Shown piece by piece: positions 42,786 through 50,219 of a stretch of 50,219 bases of DNA (position 1 is the stretch's first letter; each line of letters starts with the position of its first letter). A model generated the notes under the pieces. The model searched no databases and was not told the DNA's origin. It saw nothing but the letters and a program-made list of their open reading frames with translations. The stretch is from contig DAHVAF010000003.1 in assembly GCA_027314765.1 (NCBI GenBank), positions 1-50,219 of the forward strand. The letters are read 5' to 3'. The translations under genes were made by a program, and so were the position numbers. Origin of the DNA: Clostridia bacterium. GTDB taxonomy: Bacteria > Bacillota > Sulfobacillia > RBS10-35 > JAJYVM01.

Positions 42786-43670
42786 GTGAGCCCGGCGGAG
42801 CCGACCGTGCTGCTGGTCAACCCCGCGGCGCGGCGGGGTGCGGCCGACTTTCCGGCGCTGCGCGATCTGCTCGCGGGCCGGCTCAACCTGGTTGGGGCGG
42901 GCGTGCCCAACACGCCGGAGCGGCTGATCGACTCCGTCGGCGACGCGCTCGCGCGGGGCGTGCGGCGCGTGGTCGTGGCGGGTGGCGACGGTACCCTCTC
43001 GTGCGTGGCGGGGCGGCTGCAGGGGACCGGCGCAGCGCTCGGCGTGGTGCCGTGGGGCAGCGGCAACACCTTCGCCTGCGGGCTTGGGCTGCCGGGGCGC
43101 CTGCCGGACCTGCTGGACGTGCTGGCGGAGGGGCGGGTGCACGCCTTCGACGTGGGGTGGGTGGAGGACGCCGGGGGCGCCGCGCGGGCCTTCCTCAACA
43201 CGGTGACGCTGGGCGTCAGCCAGCGGCTGGCGACGCTGCTCACCCCGAGCGTCAAGCGCCGCCTCGGCTGGCTGGCGTGGCCCTTGGCCATCCGCCGCGC
43301 CCTGCGCTCGACACGGCGCGTGACCGTGCGGCTCAGCTACGCCGACGGGACCGTCGATGCGTTCACGACGCGCCAGCTCATCGTGGCCAACGGTCGCTCC
43401 CTTGCCGGACCGCTGCGGGCGACGCCGTGGGCCTCGGGCGAGGACGGGCGGCTTGAGGTCTTCAGCCTGGGCACGTTCGGGCGGCTGGCGGCGCTGGCCG
43501 TGCTGGGGCGCCACGTCCACGACCCGGAGTCCCACTACCGCATCTGCCGCAGCGTGGAGGTGGCGTGCACGCCACCCTCCTCCCTGGACGTCGACGGAGA
43601 CGTCTGGGGACGCACGCCCGTCGCCTGCCGCGTGCTGCCCGGAGCGCTGGACGTGCTGGCGCCACGCTGA
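42786..43670 (+). CDS. Diacylglycerol/lipid kinase family protein (YegS/BmrU-like)
   Basis: The last part of ORF 41757..43670: TVLLVNPAARRG...VVVAGGDGTLSCV...GVVPWGSGNTFA...VDGD. GTG 42786 is chosen. TTG 42744 is an alternative. Confidence 0.8.
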   Translation: MSPAEPTVLLVNPAARRGAADFPALRDLLAGRLNLVGAGVPNTPERLIDSVGDALARGVRRVVVAGGDGTLSCVAGRLQGTGAALGVVPWGSGNTFACGLGLPGRLPDLLDVLAEGRVHAFDVGWVEDAGGAARAFLNTVTLGVSQRLATLLTPSVKRRLGWLAWPLAIRRALRSTRRVTVRLSYADGTVDAFTTRQLIVANGRSLAGPLRATPWASGEDGRLEVFSLGTFGRLAALAVLGRHVHDPESHYRICRSVEVACTPPSSLDVDGDVWGRTPVACRVLPGALDVLAPR

Positions 43671-43706
43671 CCCTTGCAGGACCGATAGCCGGGGCGCTCG
43701 TGCCGC

Positions 43707-44660
43707 TTACGCGGCAGCCGCCGCGCGCAGCAGGGCCATGCCGGCCGCCGTGGCCGGCGACTCGTCCCGCGCCAGGTGGAGCGGCGCGGCTTCCCCGCCC
43801 AGCACGGCGTGGATGTGGCGGATGGCGGCCGTGAAGGGCGGCTCCGGGCCGGTGGGCCGCTCCACGCACTCCCGCCCGCCGGCCCGCACCTCGATCGTGT
43901 CGGCCGGACCCGGGTGGAACGGGTTGCTCAGGCGGATCTCGCCCTCGGTGCCGAGCAGGCGCGACAGGCAGTCCCGGCCCCGGCCGAGCCCGCAGCTCAT
44001 CAGCAGGCGGCGGCCGCCCGGGAAGCCGAGGATCCCCTGCATCTCCTCGTCGACGCCCTCGGGGGCGAGCGTGGCCGTGGCGCGGGCCGACTCCGGGGCC
44101 GCGCCGAGTGCCTGCGTCCCGAAGTGGACGCAGTAGCAGCCGACATCGTTCAGCGCGCCGCCCGCGAGGGTGGGGTCGAAGCGGATGTTCTGCCGGCTGC
44201 GCAGCCGAAAGTGGAACGAGGAGTGGATCTCACGCAGCTCGCCGATGGCGCCGGCGGCCAGCAGCTCGCGCACGCGCGCCATCTGGGCGTGGAAGGGGAA
44301 CACGAAGGCCTCCCACAGCAGGCCGGGTTCGCCCAGGACCCGCTCGGTCTCGGGCAGGTCAACGCAGAGCGGCTTCTCGCAAAGCACGGCCTTGCCGGCC
44401 CTCAGGGCCCTGATGGTCCACTCGGCGTGCAGGCTGTTCGGCAGCGGCACATAGACGGCCTGAATCCGCGGGTCTTCGAGGAGGGCCCGGTAGCCGGCGA
44501 CGGCGTGCTCGATGCCGTTCGCGGCCGCGTAGGCCGCGCCCCGCTCCTGCGAGCGCGATGCGACGGCGAGGGCGGCGCCGCCGCCCGCGGCCCGCAGGCC
44601 GGGCAGGAACGAGGCGCGGGCGATGTTGGCGGTGCCGAGGATGCCCCACTGAATGTCCAT
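43707..44660 (-). CDS. Gfo/Idh/MocA-family oxidoreductase
   Basis: MDIQWGILGTANIARASFLPGL...AVLCEKPL...GALNDVGCY. ATG 44660 is chosen (the Rossmann motif follows immediately). Confidence 0.85.
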   Translation of the reverse strand: MDIQWGILGTANIARASFLPGLRAAGGGAALAVASRSQERGAAYAAANGIEHAVAGYRALLEDPRIQAVYVPLPNSLHAEWTIRALRAGKAVLCEKPLCVDLPETERVLGEPGLLWEAFVFPFHAQMARVRELLAAGAIGELREIHSSFHFRLRSRQNIRFDPTLAGGALNDVGCYCVHFGTQALGAAPESARATATLAPEGVDEEMQGILGFPGGRRLLMSCGLGRGRDCLSRLLGTEGEIRLSNPFHPGPADTIEVRAGGRECVERPTGPEPPFTAAIRHIHAVLGGEAAPLHLARDESPATAAGMALLRAAAAA

Positions 44661-44715
44661 CGCGGTACACTTCGGCTCGGAGCGAGCCGACTCCCGCCCG
44701 AGGGGGCAGATCGCC

Positions 44716-45855
44716 ATGACGCGCCTGCACTACCTGGACTACCTCCGCGCGGGCCTCGTCGCCCTGGTGCTGTTTCACCACACGGCGATCACGTACGGTG
44801 CCCCCGGATCCTGGTATTACACCGACCCGCACCCGGCCGGCCCGGCCGCGCAGGGCCTGCTCACCATGTTCGTCGCCTGGAATCAGGCCTACTTCATGGG
44901 CCTCCTCTTCTTCATCTCGGGCTACCTGTCGCCGACCTCATACGCCCGCAAGGGTCCCGGCCGCTACCTCGCCGACCGGCTGTGGCGCTTCGGCATCCCG
45001 CTCGTCGCGTACATCTTCTTTCTTCAGCCCCTGCTCCAGTACGTCATGAACGCCATGCAGCACGGCCCCGCGGTCGCCGCCGTCCCGTACTGGATCCACC
45101 ACTACCTGACGCTGCAGATCGTGGACCCGGGCCCGCTCTGGTTCATCGAGGCCCTGCTCGTCTTCGACGTGCTGTTTGTGGGCTGGATGCGCTGGCGCGG
45201 CCAGCGGCCGGCGCTGCCCGCCCCGTTCCCCGGCAACGGCCGCATCCTGGCCTTCGCCCTCGTTCTGGGCCTGAGCAGCTTCCTTGTGCGCATCGCGATG
45301 CCGGTGGGCCAGACCTTCGCGGCCCTGCAGCTCGGGTACTTCCCCGGCTATGTCGCGCTGTTCGTGCTCGGTGTGGACGCGCAGCGCCGCGGGTGGCTGG
45401 AGCTGATCCCCGGCCGCGCCGTGCGGCTGGCCAAGCGCCTTGTCGTCATCGCGCTTGTCACCCTGGTGGCCGGCGTCGTGCTGCTCGCCACGCAGGTCGC
45501 GGCGGTGGGCGCCCAGGCGGCAAGCGCCGACGTGGCCGGGGGCCTGCACGTCGCCGCGCTCTACTACGCGCTGTGGGAGCCCCTGGTCATCTGCGGCATG
45601 TGCATCTGGCTGCTGGACTGGGGCCGGCGGCGGCTCAACCGGCCGTCACCGGGGTGGAAGGCCTGGTCGAGCGGCTCCTACCTCGTCTACATCATCCAGC
45701 CCCTGGTGCTGGTCCCGCTGGCCCTGGCGTTTCGCTTCGCGGCGTGGCCGGGGCTGCTCAAGTTCCTCGTGGTGGGGACGCTGGCCGTCGTCCTCGCCAA
45801 CGTCATCGCCCGGCTGCTGCGGCAGCTCGGCCCCGTCCGGTCGGTCGTGGGCTGA
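44716..45855 (+). CDS. Acyltransferase-3 family membrane protein (OpgC-like)
   Basis: MTRLHYLDYLRAGLVALVLFHHTAITYG..., about 10 TM. ATG 44716 lies 9 nt after GAGGGGG. Confidence 0.8.
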   Translation: MTRLHYLDYLRAGLVALVLFHHTAITYGAPGSWYYTDPHPAGPAAQGLLTMFVAWNQAYFMGLLFFISGYLSPTSYARKGPGRYLADRLWRFGIPLVAYIFFLQPLLQYVMNAMQHGPAVAAVPYWIHHYLTLQIVDPGPLWFIEALLVFDVLFVGWMRWRGQRPALPAPFPGNGRILAFALVLGLSSFLVRIAMPVGQTFAALQLGYFPGYVALFVLGVDAQRRGWLELIPGRAVRLAKRLVVIALVTLVAGVVLLATQVAAVGAQAASADVAGGLHVAALYYALWEPLVICGMCIWLLDWGRRRLNRPSPGWKAWSSGSYLVYIIQPLVLVPLALAFRFAAWPGLLKFLVVGTLAVVLANVIARLLRQLGPVRSVVG

Positions 45856-46528
45856 GCCACCGGCCGCACGTCCGCGCCGCGTAGATGGCGGCCAGGGCGG
45901 CCTGCAGGTCGGCGAACTCCTGCGGGCTGAGCTCCTCCAGGCGGTCCAGGTGCGCCTTCAGGTCCTGCAGGGGGCCCTGCTGGCGGCGCTGCGTGCCGCG
46001 CTCGACGAGGATGGTCGCCACGGTGCCGGTGAAGATGCCGATGAAGCCGGTCCCGAAGAGCATGAGCACCACGGCGACCGCCCGGCCCGCCGCGGTCTTG
46101 GGCGCGATGTCGCCGTGGCCGACCGTCGTGGTGGTGACCAAGCTCCACCAGAGGGCGTCCCCGAAGGAGCCGATGTCCGGCTCCACCCGGTGGATGGCGT
46201 GGGCGCCGGCGACCACCAGCCCGAACGTCACGGCCACCACGCAGACGAACCCGTGGCGCAGAAAGACGCCGTGGAAGAACTCGGAGTACCGGCGGAGCAT
46301 GATGAAGCCGCGCAGCGCCCGGAACCAGGTGAAGCCGCTGATGAAGAGGCTCAGGGGAATCAGGGCCACCAGGTCGATCCAGTGCTCGCGCAGAAAGCGG
46401 CTGCGCGCCTGCGCGAGGTGGAGCCGGACCAGGAAGTCGAGGGCGAAGACGGCGTACGCGAACCGGTCGAGGTCCGTGAGGTCGCGCACGACGGCCGGCG
46501 CAAGGGGGAAGGCGTAGGAGAGGGCCAC
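45803..46528 (-). CDS. Voltage-gated-type (6TM-like) K+ channel family protein; the N-terminus appears frameshifted, filter GHG
   Basis: S2-S3 (LDFLVRL, HWIDLVALIP), short S4 (FRALRGFIMLRR), pore WWSLVTTTTVGHGD, S6. The expected S1 and N-terminus lie upstream, partly in another frame (see finding). The 3' end overlaps the convergent acyltransferase gene by 53 nt. Confidence 0.7.
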   Translation of the reverse strand: MALSYAFPLAPAVVRDLTDLDRFAYAVFALDFLVRLHLAQARSRFLREHWIDLVALIPLSLFISGFTWFRALRGFIMLRRYSEFFHGVFLRHGFVCVVAVTFGLVVAGAHAIHRVEPDIGSFGDALWWSLVTTTTVGHGDIAPKTAAGRAVAVVLMLFGTGFIGIFTGTVATILVERGTQRRQQGPLQDLKAHLDRLEELSPQEFADLQAALAAIYAARTCGRWLSPRPTGRGRAAAAAGR

Positions 46529-46623
46529 GCTGCCGGCCAGGGCGACCGCCGTGATGGCCTGAACGGCTCGTACACCCGGTGCAGGACACTGAGGACCGTC
46601 CGTTTCACACCACTATCAGTCTC

Positions 46624-47454
46624 CTACTTCGACGGCGGCGCCGGGAGCCCCCACTTCCGCAGCATGGCGCGCCATGTCGGCCCGCCCACCAGGTCGCGCA
46701 CGGCCGTATCGACAGCGGCGGCGAGGTCCGGCTCGTCGGCGCGCACCGCCACCACGTACGCCACATCGCCGATGCCCGGCTGCCACAGGCGCAGCTGGGG
46801 GTCGGACCGCAGCCAGGCCGGGGCCAGCGCCCGGGTCGTCACCAGGGCGGCGGCCTCGCCGGACTGCACGGCGGCCACGGCGGCCTCGGCGCTGGGCTTG
46901 GGCGCCGCCAGGACAGTCACGTCCCTGGCCCTGGCGGCCGCCACCAGCATGGCCCCGGCGCCCGCATCCTCCGGCAGCGTGGCCACCACCCGCCCGTCCA
47001 GGCTGCGCAGGTCGGTCAGCGGTGTGCCGCGGCGAGCGATCAGCACGACCGGCGAACGGTAAAAGGGTGGGGAGTAACGGTAGGCGCCCTCGGTGCCGGC
47101 CGTGGCCGCGACGCCCGCGATTACCACGTCCGCCGCGTGGGCGTCCAGGGCCAGCAGCCGGACAGGCCCGGCCGGCACCCACGCGACCTTGTCGGGGTCG
47201 CCGAGCAGGGCGGCGGCCAGGGCCCGGGCAAAGTCGATCTCAAAGCCCTCGGGCACGAGGCTCCCCGGCCGCCGGAAGCCCATGGGCGGGGCGTCCTCGC
47301 GGATGGCGACGCGCAGCACGCCCGCGGCGCGGATGCGGGCCAGGGCGCTGGGGGCGGCGGCGGCCGGGATCCGTCCGGCCGCGTGGACGCCGCAGCCGCC
47401 GGCGATCAGGAGGAGGGCCGCCAGCGCCGCGAGCGCGAACCGGCGAGATGCCAT
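46624..47454 (-). CDS. Family-3 solute-binding lipoprotein (amino-acid ABC-type SBP fold)
   Basis: Lipobox LLLIAGGCG, then LRVAIREDAPPMGF...GFEIDFARALA...YSPPFY. No cognate permease or ATPase is adjacent. Confidence 0.8.
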   Translation of the reverse strand: MASRRFALAALAALLLIAGGCGVHAAGRIPAAAAPSALARIRAAGVLRVAIREDAPPMGFRRPGSLVPEGFEIDFARALAAALLGDPDKVAWVPAGPVRLLALDAHAADVVIAGVAATAGTEGAYRYSPPFYRSPVVLIARRGTPLTDLRSLDGRVVATLPEDAGAGAMLVAAARARDVTVLAAPKPSAEAAVAAVQSGEAAALVTTRALAPAWLRSDPQLRLWQPGIGDVAYVVAVRADEPDLAAAVDTAVRDLVGGPTWRAMLRKWGLPAPPSK

Positions 47455-47558
47455 CCTCCCACGGCTATGCCCGGGCGCACCCCGCCAAGCACCGGGGCGG
47501 CGCAGGGGAACCGCAATCGGCGGCGGACGCGCAAGCGGCCGCCGTCACGAACGCGCTG

Positions 47559-48341
47559 CTATTTGCCCTGCCAGCGCGGCGGGCGTTTCTCCAGGAACGC
47601 GCGCACGCCCTCCTTGAAGTCGTCGCTCATGTAGCACGCGAGCACGTACTCCTGGCCGCGCCAGGACGGGCCGGCCTCCGCCATCAGCCGCTGCACGACC
47701 TTCTTCGTCTCGCGGATGGTGATGGGGGCGTTGCCGCAGATCGTCTCCGCCACGTCGCGCACCTTGGCCTCCAGGGCGTCGGCGGGCACGACGGCCGTGA
47801 CCAGGCCCATGTCGTAGGCCTCCTGGGCCGGCACCTGGCGGGCCGTGAAGAGCAGGTCCAGCGTGCGGGACGGCCCGATCTGCTGCAGCAGGCGCGCCGT
47901 GTTCGCGGGGGCGAAGATGTTGCCCAGGCGGGCGGGCGGGGCGCCGAAGCGGCTGTCGGGGGTGCAGAAGCGCAGGTCGCAGGCCATCGCCAGGCCGAAG
48001 CCGCCGCCGACGCAGAAGCCCTGGATCATGGCGACCGTGGGCTTGCTCACGCGGCCGAGGCGGCCGATGCGGCCGGAGATCATCTCCTCGTAGCCCAGGG
48101 CGTCGGCCTCCGTGGTGAAGTCGAGGAACTGGCGGATGTCCGTGCCGGAGGCGAACGAGCGGCCGCCGGCGCCGCGCAGGATCATCACCCGGACGTCGGG
48201 GTCCTGGTCGACCTCCTCGCAGAGGGCCGCCAGGCGGTCGTACATGTCGAACGTGAACGCGTTGCGCTGCTCCGGGCGGTTGACCGTGAGCCAGGCGAGC
48301 TGGCCCTCCTTGCTGTAGAGCAGGTCCTGCTCCGCACCCAT
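47559..48341 (-). CDS. Enoyl-CoA hydratase/isomerase (crotonase) family
   Basis: The last 260 aa of ORF 47559..48593: LAWLTVNRPEQRNAF...ILRGAGGRSFASGTDI...IQGFCVGGGFGLAMACDLRF. ATG 48341 lies 7 nt after GAGGTGA. Confidence 0.9.
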   Translation of the reverse strand: MGAEQDLLYSKEGQLAWLTVNRPEQRNAFTFDMYDRLAALCEEVDQDPDVRVMILRGAGGRSFASGTDIRQFLDFTTEADALGYEEMISGRIGRLGRVSKPTVAMIQGFCVGGGFGLAMACDLRFCTPDSRFGAPPARLGNIFAPANTARLLQQIGPSRTLDLLFTARQVPAQEAYDMGLVTAVVPADALEAKVRDVAETICGNAPITIRETKKVVQRLMAEAGPSWRGQEYVLACYMSDDFKEGVRAFLEKRPPRWQGK

Positions 48342-48411
48342 CGAAAGCTTCACCTCGTTGCCGTAAGTCCTTGGGTAGGGAATTCTCCATCGGAAGGGCG
48401 GTCCTGCCGAG

Positions 48412-49629
48412 ATGAGCGCATTGGAGGGGCGCGGGCCGGGCCCAGCCGCTGGCCCCCTGGTGGGTGTGCGCGTGCTGGACGTGACGCAGGTGATGGCGGG
48501 GCCGTTCTGCGCGATGCTGCTCGCCGACCTCGGCGCGGACGTGATCAAGGTGGAGCCGCCGCGGGGCGACCAGGTGCGCGAGCAGCCGGACAAGATCGAG
48601 GGCGAGAGCTACAGCTTTCTGGCCGTCAACCGCGGCAAGCGGGGGATCGTGCTGGACCTGAAGCAGGCGGCGGGGCGGGATGCCTTCCTGCGGCTCTGCG
48701 CCGGCGCCGACGTGGTCGTGGAGAACAACCGCCCCGGCGTGATGGAGAGCCTCGGCGTCGGCTACGAGCAGGTGCGGGCGGTGAAGCCCGACATCATCTA
48801 CGCGTCGATCAGCGGCTTTGGCCAGACGGGCCCGTACGCGCCGCGCGGCGGCTACGACCTCATCGCGCAGGGCATGTCCGGCCTGATGTCCATCACGGGC
48901 GAGGAGGGGCAGGCGCCCGTCAAGTGCGGGCCGCCCGTCACCGACCTCGGGGCGGGGCTCTTTTGCTGCACGGCCGTCCTGGCGGCGCTGATCCACCGCG
49001 GGCGCACCGGCGAGGGCCAGCGCATCGACACCTCGCTGCTGGAGGCCGGGATCGCCCTGTCGGTGTGGGAGTCGGTGGAGTACTTCTCGGGGCGCGGGGT
49101 GCCGAAGCCGATGGGCTCCGCGCACCGCATGAACGGGCCCTACCAGGCCATCCGGTGCAGCGATGGCTACATCACGATCGGCGCCAACAACCAGCGGCTG
49201 TGGACGGCGTTCACCGAGGCCATCGGCCGGCCGGAACTGCTCGGCATGGAGGCCTTCAAGGACCAGCGGGGGCGGGTCGACAACCGGCACCAGCTCGCCG
49301 CCATGATCGAGGAGGTCACGACCGGGGGCACGCGGGCGCAGTGGCTGGAGCGGTTCACCGCCGCCGGCATCCCCTGCGGCCCCGTCTACGACTACGACGA
49401 GGTGTTCCACGACCCGCACGTGCTGGCGCGCGGCATGGTGCAGGAGGTCGTCTACCCGGGCGGCACGCACGCGCGCGTCGTCGGGCCGCCCGTGAAGATG
49501 AGCCGGACGCCGCCGGCGGTGCGGGGGCGCGGCGCGCGCAAGGGCGAGCACACGGCGCAGGTGCTGGCCGAGGCCGGCTACAGCGAGGCGGAGATCGCCG
49601 CCATGCGGGCGGCCGGAGTGCTGGGGTAG
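48412..49629 (+). CDS. Family III CoA-transferase (CaiB/BaiF)
   Basis: 405 aa: LVGVRVLDVTQVMAGPFCAMLLADLGADVIKVEPP...GYDLIAQGMSGLMSITG. Confidence 0.9.
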   Translation: MSALEGRGPGPAAGPLVGVRVLDVTQVMAGPFCAMLLADLGADVIKVEPPRGDQVREQPDKIEGESYSFLAVNRGKRGIVLDLKQAAGRDAFLRLCAGADVVVENNRPGVMESLGVGYEQVRAVKPDIIYASISGFGQTGPYAPRGGYDLIAQGMSGLMSITGEEGQAPVKCGPPVTDLGAGLFCCTAVLAALIHRGRTGEGQRIDTSLLEAGIALSVWESVEYFSGRGVPKPMGSAHRMNGPYQAIRCSDGYITIGANNQRLWTAFTEAIGRPELLGMEAFKDQRGRVDNRHQLAAMIEEVTTGGTRAQWLERFTAAGIPCGPVYDYDEVFHDPHVLARGMVQEVVYPGGTHARVVGPPVKMSRTPPAVRGRGARKGEHTAQVLAEAGYSEAEIAAMRAAGVLG

Positions 49630-49725
49630 GCGGCGGACCGGCCGCGCATCGGCGGCGGACCGGCGGCGCATCGGCGGCGGATCAGCGGCGGACCGGCCGC
49701 GCATCGGCGGCGGACCGGCGGCGCA
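49629..49725. repeat. Non-coding tandem repeat array (22-bp subunits nested in a 55-bp period)
   Basis: GGCGGCGGACCGGCCGCGCATC / GGCGGCGGACCGGCGGCGCATC / GGCGGCGGATCAGC / GGCGGACCGGCCGCGCATC / GGCGGCGGACCGGCGGCGCA. It starts on the last base of the CoA-transferase stop codon and lies about 100 nt upstream of the GNAT-like gene. Confidence 0.8.
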
Positions 49726-49823
49726 GGCATAGACCATGGCTTGCCTTGCAGGCGGAGCGGGACGTTCCCGAGGGTCTCCGCGGTCCGGCGCTGTGAGCCG
49801 TGTGAGCGGGAGGGGAGGACGCC

Positions 49824-50219
49824 GTGGATCCGGGCCGTGGTCAGCGTGCAGCGCCGGTACCCGTCGCCGGCTCGCATGCTGGCGCGCCGGAGGACCGGGT
49901 GGCCGACCTGGCGGGGGTGTTCACGACCGTCCGGATGGGCCTGGCCGTCCTGAGCGATGCCGGCCCGGACCGGGTGTCCGTCCGCCGTGCGGTGACGGCG
50001 GAGGATCTTGACGTGGTCCTGCGCCTCCGGGCCGCGCATCATGACGGCCACCTGCTCAACCCCGGTCTCGACGCGTGGGACCGGAGCGGCCTGCTCTTTG
50101 TCGCCAGCGCCCGAGGCCTCCCGGTCGGCACCGTCCGCTGCACCCTCGGCGCGGCGGCGGATCTGCCCGAAGCCCCGCAAATCGCGCGGTTCGCGGACCT
50201 TCTGCCCGCCGGCGCCACG
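49824..50219 (+). CDS. Hypothetical protein, possibly GNAT-like acyltransferase; 3' end runs off the window
   Basis: Not in the ORF track (no stop in the window). My translation from GTG 49824 (4 nt after GGGAGGGGAGGA, in-frame stop at 49803) reads VDPGRGQRAAPVPVAGSHAGAPEDRVADLAGVFTTVRMGLAVLSDAGPDRVSVRRAVTAEDLDVVLRLRAAHHDGHLLNPGLDAWDRSGLLFVASARGLPVGTVRCTLGAAADLPEAPQIARFADLLPAGAT. GC3 is high. The family call is tentative. Confidence 0.5.
   Translation, partial: MDPGRGQRAAPVPVAGSHAGAPEDRVADLAGVFTTVRMGLAVLSDAGPDRVSVRRAVTAEDLDVVLRLRAAHHDGHLLNPGLDAWDRSGLLFVASARGLPVGTVRCTLGAAADLPEAPQIARFADLLPAGAT

Noticed and set aside
49629-49737. The repeated peptide GPPPMRGRSAA / PPVRRRCAAG in minus-strand ORFs as a real repeat protein
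   Set aside because: These ORFs are antisense extensions over the CoA-transferase gene. They have no start context and consist of Arg/Pro/Ala/Gly only. I treat the repeat as non-coding DNA.
46674-49796. 1040-aa plus-strand ORF, the longest in this part of the track
   Set aside because: The translation is almost pure Arg/Pro/Gly/Ala with no family motif. It lies antisense to, or out of frame with, four well-supported genes (SBP, crotonase, CoA-transferase). This is a typical high-GC artefact. The same reasoning applies to 4358..6607(+), 9235..10992 N-terminal part, 38952..39736-type ORFs, 43776..45884(+), 47545..49737(-) and many shorter ones.

Overview
This is a very GC-rich (by eye about 70% G+C or more, not computed), gene-dense bacterial chromosomal segment. 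I recognised no rRNA, tRNA, CRISPR array, transposase, integrase or phage gene. The high GC fills the six-frame track with long antisense or read-through ORFs. I therefore called genes from protein-family motifs in the translations, third-position GC, SD/start context and stop/start overlaps read in the DNA.

Content from left to right:
1. A minus-strand myo-inositol operon, iolG-lacI-iolD(like)-iolE-iolB-iolC, followed by a PiT phosphate transporter that is cut by the left edge of the window.
2. An inositol monophosphatase.
3. A glycerol/glycerophosphodiester block: glpD, divergent from TIM-barrel-ugpQ-glpK-glpP-ugpBAE.
4. A convergent sugar ABC operon (ATPase-SBP-permease-permease).
5. A respiratory module: two zinc-ribbon/TM/DUF4359-like paralogs, a Rieske protein, and a cytochrome b6 + subunit IV + haem-c domain fused in one ORF.
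6. A HAD hydrolase, a CBS-pair protein and a small membrane protein.
7. A variant System I cytochrome c maturation cluster: ccmE (CxxxY type), an unknown exported protein, a ccmA::ccmB fusion, ccmC and ccmD. The ccmD ORF is too small to appear in the ORF track.
8. sucCD, malic enzyme and mdh.
9. A mixed region: serine hydrolase, an 11-residue-repeat coiled-coil protein, pepC, an MDR oxidoreductase with a divergent TetR, carboxymuconolactone decarboxylase divergent from an ECF41-type sigma factor with consensus promoters, lipid kinase, Gfo/Idh/MocA oxidoreductase, acyltransferase-3, a K+ channel with an apparent N-terminal frameshift, a family-3 SBP, enoyl-CoA hydratase, a family III CoA-transferase and a partial GNAT-like gene at the right edge.

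The best candidates for undescribed biology are:
- the respiratory/cytochrome c module, meaning the unknown Zn-ribbon paralogs coupled to a three-in-one cytochrome b/c subunit, together with a Cys-type CcmE cluster that has a fused CcmAB and an embedded unknown exported protein;
- the near-identical 33-bp (11-aa) tandem-repeat protein, which has its own AT-rich promoter;
- a family of about 38-bp hairpin repeats.

Nothing here looks like a defence island or a mobile element.
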